Under the pieces are notes generated by a model that did no database searches, was not told the DNA's origin, and saw nothing but the letters and a program-made list of their open reading frames with translations. Made by a program: the position numbers and the translations under genes. Shown here in pieces: positions 58,691 through 64,000 of a stretch of DNA of 64,000 bases (positions are counted from its first letter, which is position 1; the number at the start of each line of letters is the position of its first letter). Location: IMG/VR virus record IMGVR_UViG_3300031772_000001, positions 1 through 64,000 of that record. One strand, 5' to 3'. This DNA comes from a virus.

Positions 58691-59278
58691 TTAGGCAACC
58701 AGAGACTCCTCAGACTCATCAACCGCCGGACCACGCACCACCACATAATCTGAAAAAATGTCCTCTATGATCTCAGCCGTAGTCCTCTTGTCATACCAGA
58801 CGTTCAATTCAGTAATACGGTTGTTGCACTCCTTGGCATCATCAATGTATTTCTTAGCCTTACTTAACGCACCACACCCCAAGGCATCAAAAACTTTCCT
58901 CAAAATCGTCGCAGCAGTGTCTTCACCATCAACAAGAACTGTGTTTTCTTTTGAATCTAAAATAAATTCATGGAAAACTCGCTTTGAAAAGACAGGCACC
59001 TCCGACTTTGGCAGCTTCCGAAGATAGTAAAATTCCCGCATCAAGCGTGGAAGATCGGCCTCCCGAACAGACTCCGGGGATAAGCTATACTCTGGCATCA
59101 CCGAATCATCACGCACGAGCTTCTGTATCATCACAAGATATACCTTGTCACCAACGGCAATCTGTGACCAAAAAGGCTTCTGATTCAGTGCCTCAAGCAC
59201 CAAATCGTCCTCAGCAATCAGCATGTACTTCTTATCATAAGACAAGAACCTCTTCTTGAACAACTCAAGATCCTGCAT
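58691..59278 (-). CDS. Hypothetical protein
   Basis: 195-aa ORF. Confidence 0.65.
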   Translation of the reverse strand: MQDLELFKKRFLSYDKKYMLIAEDDLVLEALNQKPFWSQIAVGDKVYLVMIQKLVRDDSVMPEYSLSPESVREADLPRLMREFYYLRKLPKSEVPVFSKRVFHEFILDSKENTVLVDGEDTAATILRKVFDALGCGALSKAKKYIDDAKECNNRITELNVWYDKRTTAEIIEDIFSDYVVVRGPAVDESEESLVA

Positions 59279-60083
59279 TGATTACCCCACTTCTTAGAAC
59301 ACGAATACGTTCTTCTGCTACCTGACAATACTTCTCTTCCTTCTCAATCCCAATAAAATTTCTTTTGGTATTTATACAAGCAATCGCAGTTGTTCCTGAT
59401 CCTATGCAATTATCAAGAACAACATCATTTTCATTTGTGTAAGTACGAATAAGATACTCAAACAATGCTACAGGTTTTTGGGTTGGGTGAAGCCCCGCCT
59501 CCCTCGCATGATATGCTGTTGAAAATTCTACAACAGAACGAGGATACCCGACATCAGTACCTACAGAACGAAAAACCCCTTCCGTAAATTTACCACACGT
59601 CTCAGTCATCACTGTTTTTTGTGCTGCTCTATGACTTGGCTTTACAAAAAATTGTGGGTTATATGGAGGAACACCATAACAAAAAATAAGAATATCCTCA
59701 TGCTGTCGAAGAGGACGCTTTTTTGCATTTAAGAACCCGACAGTATTAGACTTTCTCCAACACATATCATACTTAAAGTTTGAGACATTGCTCATCACTA
59801 AAGCAGAAGTAAATGGCTGTGACGCAGTTAGTACAATGACACCATTACAGATTCTCTCATACTCCTTCCATAACGGCTCAAATGGAATAACTGTGTCCCA
59901 TTTACACTGTGTAGTTCCATAAGGCAAATCACATAACACCATATCAATACTCTTATCAGGTATTAATGGCATTACCTCAAGACAATCACCATGAATTATT
60001 GTATTTATTTGCAACGCACCATCTCCCGTTAGATACTCTCCCCGGCCACGGTGAAGTTGTATTGCCAGCCCTTCTCTGTCCAC
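59265..60083 (-). CDS. DNA amino-methyltransferase (N6A/N4C, beta-type order); start may be downstream
   Basis: IHGDCLE...LCDLPYG...HPTQKPVAL...VLDNCIGSGTT...GIEKE. Confidence 0.92.
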   Translation of the reverse strand: MDREGLAIQLHRGRGEYLTGDGALQINTIIHGDCLEVMPLIPDKSIDMVLCDLPYGTTQCKWDTVIPFEPLWKEYERICNGVIVLTASQPFTSALVMSNVSNFKYDMCWRKSNTVGFLNAKKRPLRQHEDILIFCYGVPPYNPQFFVKPSHRAAQKTVMTETCGKFTEGVFRSVGTDVGYPRSVVEFSTAYHAREAGLHPTQKPVALFEYLIRTYTNENDVVLDNCIGSGTTAIACINTKRNFIGIEKEEKYCQVAEERIRVLRSGVINAGS

Positions 60084-60478
60084 ACACCAGCAATCAAAAT
60101 ATTCTTAACAGTCGCAGCAACAGAAGAGACATTCAACGAAATCTCATAAACTTCCGGGTCCATACTCACAGTTGTTTCTCTGTCAACTATCACAGAGTAA
60201 AGATACGGTCTACGGTTGTCTGGGTCAATCCAATTAAAGCTGAAAGCAAAACTCTCACGCCCATCCTTGTGTGTCCGTCGTATTACCTTCACCTTATCAA
60301 AGTAATACTTGAAACTCTTATCCATCTCCTCCCATGTCAACAAAGTCATATAGCTCATGTGATGGACAATATCATCACCATCGGAAATATCACATAGAAC
60401 ATCAGTATCCATATTATCCTCTGTTCTAAAAGAACTGTTCGTCTCCATTCTCACTACATACGATATGTTCAATCTCAT
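60029..60478 (-). CDS. Hypothetical protein (start uncertain)
   Basis: ORF on the coding strand. Confidence 0.5.
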   Translation of the reverse strand: MRLNISYVVRMETNSSFRTEDNMDTDVLCDISDGDDIVHHMSYMTLLTWEEMDKSFKYYFDKVKVIRRTHKDGRESFAFSFNWIDPDNRRPYLYSVIVDRETTVSMDPEVYEISLNVSSVAATVKNILIAGVWTEKGWQYNFTVAGESI

Positions 60479-60911
60479 CCTCCAAGTTCGGTAGGATCAT
60501 CCTGGCTTGATGACACCCATACTTGCAGAAATCACACTCCTTAATCCACTTCTCCCAATTATCTGACAGAAGAGATACAAAACTTTCTGGTGATCCCCGG
60601 TCACGAAACCGCTTGAGGAAATCTTCTTTCCTACATTCATCTGGGTACACCAGATAGAAAAATATGCAAGAGTCCAACAAAGCATCACGAACTTCCTTAT
60701 GGGAAGAAACGAAGATGAACTCGTACTTCCCAATATTCTCCTTGATGTGCTGGATATAATTCGCTGGAAAATCTGGATGACGTACTTTAAGTCCAAATTC
60801 TGTAGTCCAGCTAAACAAAGAAGAATCCGAATCCAAAGTTGTTTCATGGTGATTCTTATGATAATAGCTTTTTCCAGTACCAGGAAATGCAGATATTATT
60901 CTAGTTCTCAT
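60426..60911 (-). CDS. Small P-loop NTPase/kinase
   Basis: IISAFPGTGKS; LDSDSS. Confidence 0.75.
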   Translation of the reverse strand: MRTRIISAFPGTGKSYYHKNHHETTLDSDSSLFSWTTEFGLKVRHPDFPANYIQHIKENIGKYEFIFVSSHKEVRDALLDSCIFFYLVYPDECRKEDFLKRFRDRGSPESFVSLLSDNWEKWIKECDFCKYGCHQARMILPNLEDEIEHIVCSENGDEQFF

Positions 60912-61102
60912 GTTATCTCCTTTTTCACCTTATCAAGTTCCGTCTCAAACATGTAGACATTCTTTGCTTCACCATTCAAAAAGTACCTTGTCTCGTACTG
61001 CACCCCAGACTTTGAAACCCAGACAGAAACAATGACTCCAATAGTGTCAAGCTCTTTTATTTTAACCCTCTCAAACAAATCAAATGCTGTCTCTACCCTC
61101 AT
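60908..61102 (-). CDS. Small hypothetical protein
   Basis: ATGA overlaps on both sides. Confidence 0.6.
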   Translation of the reverse strand: MRVETAFDLFERVKIKELDTIGVIVSVWVSKSGVQYETRYFLNGEAKNVYMFETELDKVKKEIT

Positions 61103-62211
61103 CGTGCAGCCGTCCTATTCCGGTCAACAAGTGATCCACTGGACTTCTGACTTCCTGAAGACATTGCAGGGGCACCATTCCTGAACTGATTATAGACCAA
61201 CCACAACAACGCCTGTAGTGTGGTGTCATTCCTGAAAGAATTAACTGCCCAATCCTGCATCAAAATAGTGAAAAGTTTGAAAATGTCCTGATTCCAAACA
61301 GCACTGACCTTCTTGTAAAGATCCTCAAAGTAAGAAGACCTTATCTTATTGCACGAGATACTGTAGATCAAATTGTTTACAACAAGATATATGTCGTTCT
61401 TAACACACTCCAACATGCATGTAACCAACTCAGCTATTGTCTCAGCAACCACATTCTCATCTGCCACTCGTACCGCCAGCAGGTAATCAAGTACCTTACT
61501 CTCCGCAGACCTGACAGAAGCAAAAAACTTGTCCTTGTCCTCCATCATCGCATACAGATCAAGAAACATGACCGAATCCCGAACGTGCCCCTTACTTGTT
61601 ATTGCTATGTAATAAAGAATCTCGTCAGATATTGTGATGTTTTCTGACTTCACAATCCTTTTCAGATTCTCGGTAATCTCCTCCACAGTCAACGTGCGAA
61701 ACACCAACTCAACTGACCGAGAACGAATAGTATTCTCAATCTTCTCCACATCTGTAGAACAAAAAATTACAAACATGTTCTCAGGTAAATCTTCCAGCAC
61801 CTTTAACAACTGTCCTTGTGCTGGTTTAGATATAAGATGTCCCTCATCAAACACAATCACACGCCAATCACACACTGTAGACGCAGTAAAAAACACCCCC
61901 TTCATTTCCTTAATAGCATCAACATTACCTACATCTCCTGAATCAAACTCTTGGTAGAACGGGACAAACGAAAGATCCGATTGACAAATATCACAAATAC
62001 CACATGGCTTCTTTTCTGAATGTGATTTACAATTCAGACCACGAGCAAGCAAACGGGCAGATGTTGTTTTTCCTGTTCCAAAATCTCCAGACATAACAAG
62101 ACATCTTGGCGCATTGATAGGATTCCGTATGATGGACCTAAGAATCTCCACAGGAGCATCTTGCCCGTAAAGCTCATCAAATATTCTGGACCTATACTGC
62201 TGTGTGAACAT
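61099..62211 (-). CDS. dnaX: DNA polymerase III gamma/tau-like clamp-loader ATPase
   Basis: QYRSRIFDELYGQ; GDFGTGKTT; LNC...PCGICDIC; VFDEGH; LLKVLED; TIRSRS; GHVRD. Confidence 0.88.
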   Translation of the reverse strand: MFTQQYRSRIFDELYGQDAPVEILRSIIRNPINAPRCLVMSGDFGTGKTTSARLLARGLNCKSHSEKKPCGICDICQSDLSFVPFYQEFDSGDVGNVDAIKEMKGVFFTASTVCDWRVIVFDEGHLISKPAQGQLLKVLEDLPENMFVIFCSTDVEKIENTIRSRSVELVFRTLTVEEITENLKRIVKSENITISDEILYYIAITSKGHVRDSVMFLDLYAMMEDKDKFFASVRSAESKVLDYLLAVRVADENVVAETIAELVTCMLECVKNDIYLVVNNLIYSISCNKIRSSYFEDLYKKVSAVWNQDIFKLFTILMQDWAVNSFRNDTTLQALLWLVYNQFRNGAPAMSSGSQKSSGSLVDRNRTAAR

Positions 62212-62856
62212 CTACTTCCCCACCAAAATCTTATGTACCGGACAAGAGGAAATACCAAAAACCATAGCAGCGTCATGTGGCTCACTCACAATCGTAAAAT
62301 TACAAGAACAAGTGTCTCCTCTCTTGACAGACCCTACAAGATCGTGACCGTCAACAGCGACTATTACAGCCCTTCCGTCCTCGTGAACAAGAAGACTCAG
62401 CTTCACCTCATCACACGCATGAGAAAACATCCTCACCGCATCTTCAGTAAGACCAATCTTTTTTCCAATGTCCCAAAGTATCTCATCAGATCCATGCACA
62501 TACACGTCAACGTAATGCATAAGTCACCTCGAAGATTTCGGCAAATCTAAGTTGTATCTTTCTAAAAATTTCTTCTTCCATACCAAGGCAAGTTCTGATC
62601 CCGACTTCATCTCCCCTATCGCCTTCTGCAACTCATCAACACAAACAGGAACTTCCCCACCCAAAATCTTCAGCTTCTTCTGGGCTATGAAAAGAACAGT
62701 ACAGAACGGCTTGTTCAAGACAACTTGCTCACCAAGATCCCCACCATAAACGGCCAAAAATGCCAGCACCCAAACACAAAACTCAGTTGAGTACATTGGC
62801 GCACCAACAGTATCAAAAGCGTCACTGAGATCCATCAAAAGTGCAGAATTATCCAT
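62212..62856 (-). other. Two hypothetical genes (62212-62520, 62524-62856)
   Basis: Operon packing. Confidence 0.6.
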
Positions 62857-62859
62857 AGA

Positions 62860-63282
62860 TCACCCCTTAACAAGAACATCCTTGTTCAAATGAACCACAA
62901 AACACCGTATCTTTAACTTCTCAAAAACTCCGACTGCGTTCTTAACCCCACTCGCCTGAAAAGCCAGATCCAAAGCATTCTTTTCAAGAAGTAAGATAGA
63001 CCTGACCAACCTACCCATCGGCGTATTAAGTAGCTCTACCTTAACGGTGAAGTCATCCAAAATCTCCTCTATAACACACACCGCACTCGAAAGACCAAGC
63101 TCAGAATTGATATAACACACCCGACCAAGCCAGTTCTCTTCGTTTTTTATCTCATCCCTAAATAAATAGATCGCCTTCCTTAGAACATCCTTCGGTATAC
63201 CATGCGTGTCCTTTATGTGAAACTCCGCGTACACCTTCTGGTTTTTCGCAAACAACACACTTTTAAGGGTTGCCCTGTCCAT
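62860..63282 (-). CDS. Possible degenerate homolog of T4 gp21-type prohead protease
   Basis: IKNEENWLGRV and VELLNTPMGRLVRSIL resemble gp21-family RALGELGH and ILxTPxGxI; catalytic residues not evident. Confidence 0.35.
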   Translation of the reverse strand: MDRATLKSVLFAKNQKVYAEFHIKDTHGIPKDVLRKAIYLFRDEIKNEENWLGRVCYINSELGLSSAVCVIEEILDDFTVKVELLNTPMGRLVRSILLLEKNALDLAFQASGVKNAVGVFEKLKIRCFVVHLNKDVLVKG

Positions 63283-63288
63283 ACATCT

Positions 63289-63492
63289 TTATACGATTTT
63301 ACTTCCACTCTCTGTCAGTAGGTTCCCTTGAGGCATCGTGTGGACGTTAATGTGACCCCCAATAGCATCTATCACACACCGAGAAATCACACCATCCTTT
63401 TCAACCTCAATCTCAATCTTGTCTGATAGCTCCGAGTCAATAACCGAAAAATTGTTTTGGTCTTTGTCTTTCGTGTACAGTGTAACCTTCAT
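63289..63492 (-). CDS. Hypothetical protein
   Basis: GAGG RBS. Confidence 0.6.
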   Translation of the reverse strand: MKVTLYTKDKDQNNFSVIDSELSDKIEIEVEKDGVISRCVIDAIGGHINVHTMPQGNLLTESGSKIV

Positions 63493-63504
63493 ACCTGCCT
63501 CTCT

Positions 63505-63549
63505 AAAAAATGTGGCTGTGACACTAATAGTATAATGTCACAGCCACAT
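63505..63549 (-). terminator. Intrinsic terminator
   Basis: ATGTGGCTGTGAC/GTCACAGCCACAT 13-bp stem plus a T-run. Confidence 0.8.
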
Positions 63550-63568
63550 CCCATCACACCACCAATCT

Positions 63569-64000
63569 CTATGCTGACAACCTACTCTTTGCCCAAGCAT
63601 AACTTCCCTTCTCACAATTCTCTCTTACTGCAAAAAGGGTTGACGTTTGACACAGAAAAGTGAAAAGGTTCACCCAATTCCACACTGAATCAAGTGAAGG
63701 TATCCCGGCACTCACAAGATTCTCTTCGTTTGACTTGATAGCCGCTCCCTTAACACGAGCATCCTTAATAACTCTACGAGGAATCATCTTTGCCTCTTCT
63801 GCCTTATCACACACCACCTCGACAGGCTCATCTACCTTCTTGGCATCAGCTTCCTCAACAAACTGCTTCATACCGGCACCATAAATATCACAATCCCTTG
63901 CACGGGCCTGAAGAACATCCGCAATGAATGTTGGTGTTGCGTTCTTTGTGTCAATCTTGTAGGTCTGGCAATGTGTAGCATTTATCAAGCCATTCTTACA
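63569..64000 (-). CDS. 3' part of a hypothetical gene, probably entering from the right edge
   Basis: Open frame up to the window end. Confidence 0.5.
   Translation of the reverse strand, partial: CKNGLINATHCQTYKIDTKNATPTFIADVLQARARDCDIYGAGMKQFVEEADAKKVDEPVEVVCDKAEEAKMIPRRVIKDARVKGAAIKSNEENLVSAGIPSLDSVWNWVNLFTFLCQTSTLFAVRENCEKGSYAWAKSRLSA

Overview
This 64-kb window is part of a large T4-like (myovirus-type) dsDNA phage genome, with essentially all real genes on the minus strand. Left to right it holds: repeat-rich tail/adhesin genes, a DUF2341-LamG protein and glycan-modifying enzymes (1-10 kb); an ATP-grasp ligase plus peptidase pair; about 16 small head-region genes sharing an L-L-x-x-[M/I]-Y-E motif, interrupted by a solo TnpB element (14-22 kb); prohead-core-like, portal and large-terminase genes, the last two with inteins (22-32 kb); two tRNA-Leu genes; many accessory ORFs; early promoters and a long non-coding region (45-49 kb); and DNA-metabolism genes (DNA MTase, DnaX-like clamp loader). 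Three structures stand out. (1) A stand-alone Cas7/RAMP-fold gene (57879-58583) is followed immediately by a ~630-nt non-coding array with 5-nt periodicity (NNN-GT), punctuated by ~16 hexamers, a candidate RNA-guided system with a non-CRISPR guide format. (2) A GC-richer array of 8 integron-like cassettes (40753-42988) with attC-like CAAC...GTTG hairpins, whose ORFs run across the putative recombination core. (3) A likely capsid-targeting signal shared by many unrelated small proteins and a P-loop kinase. All family calls come from motif reading, not database searches.
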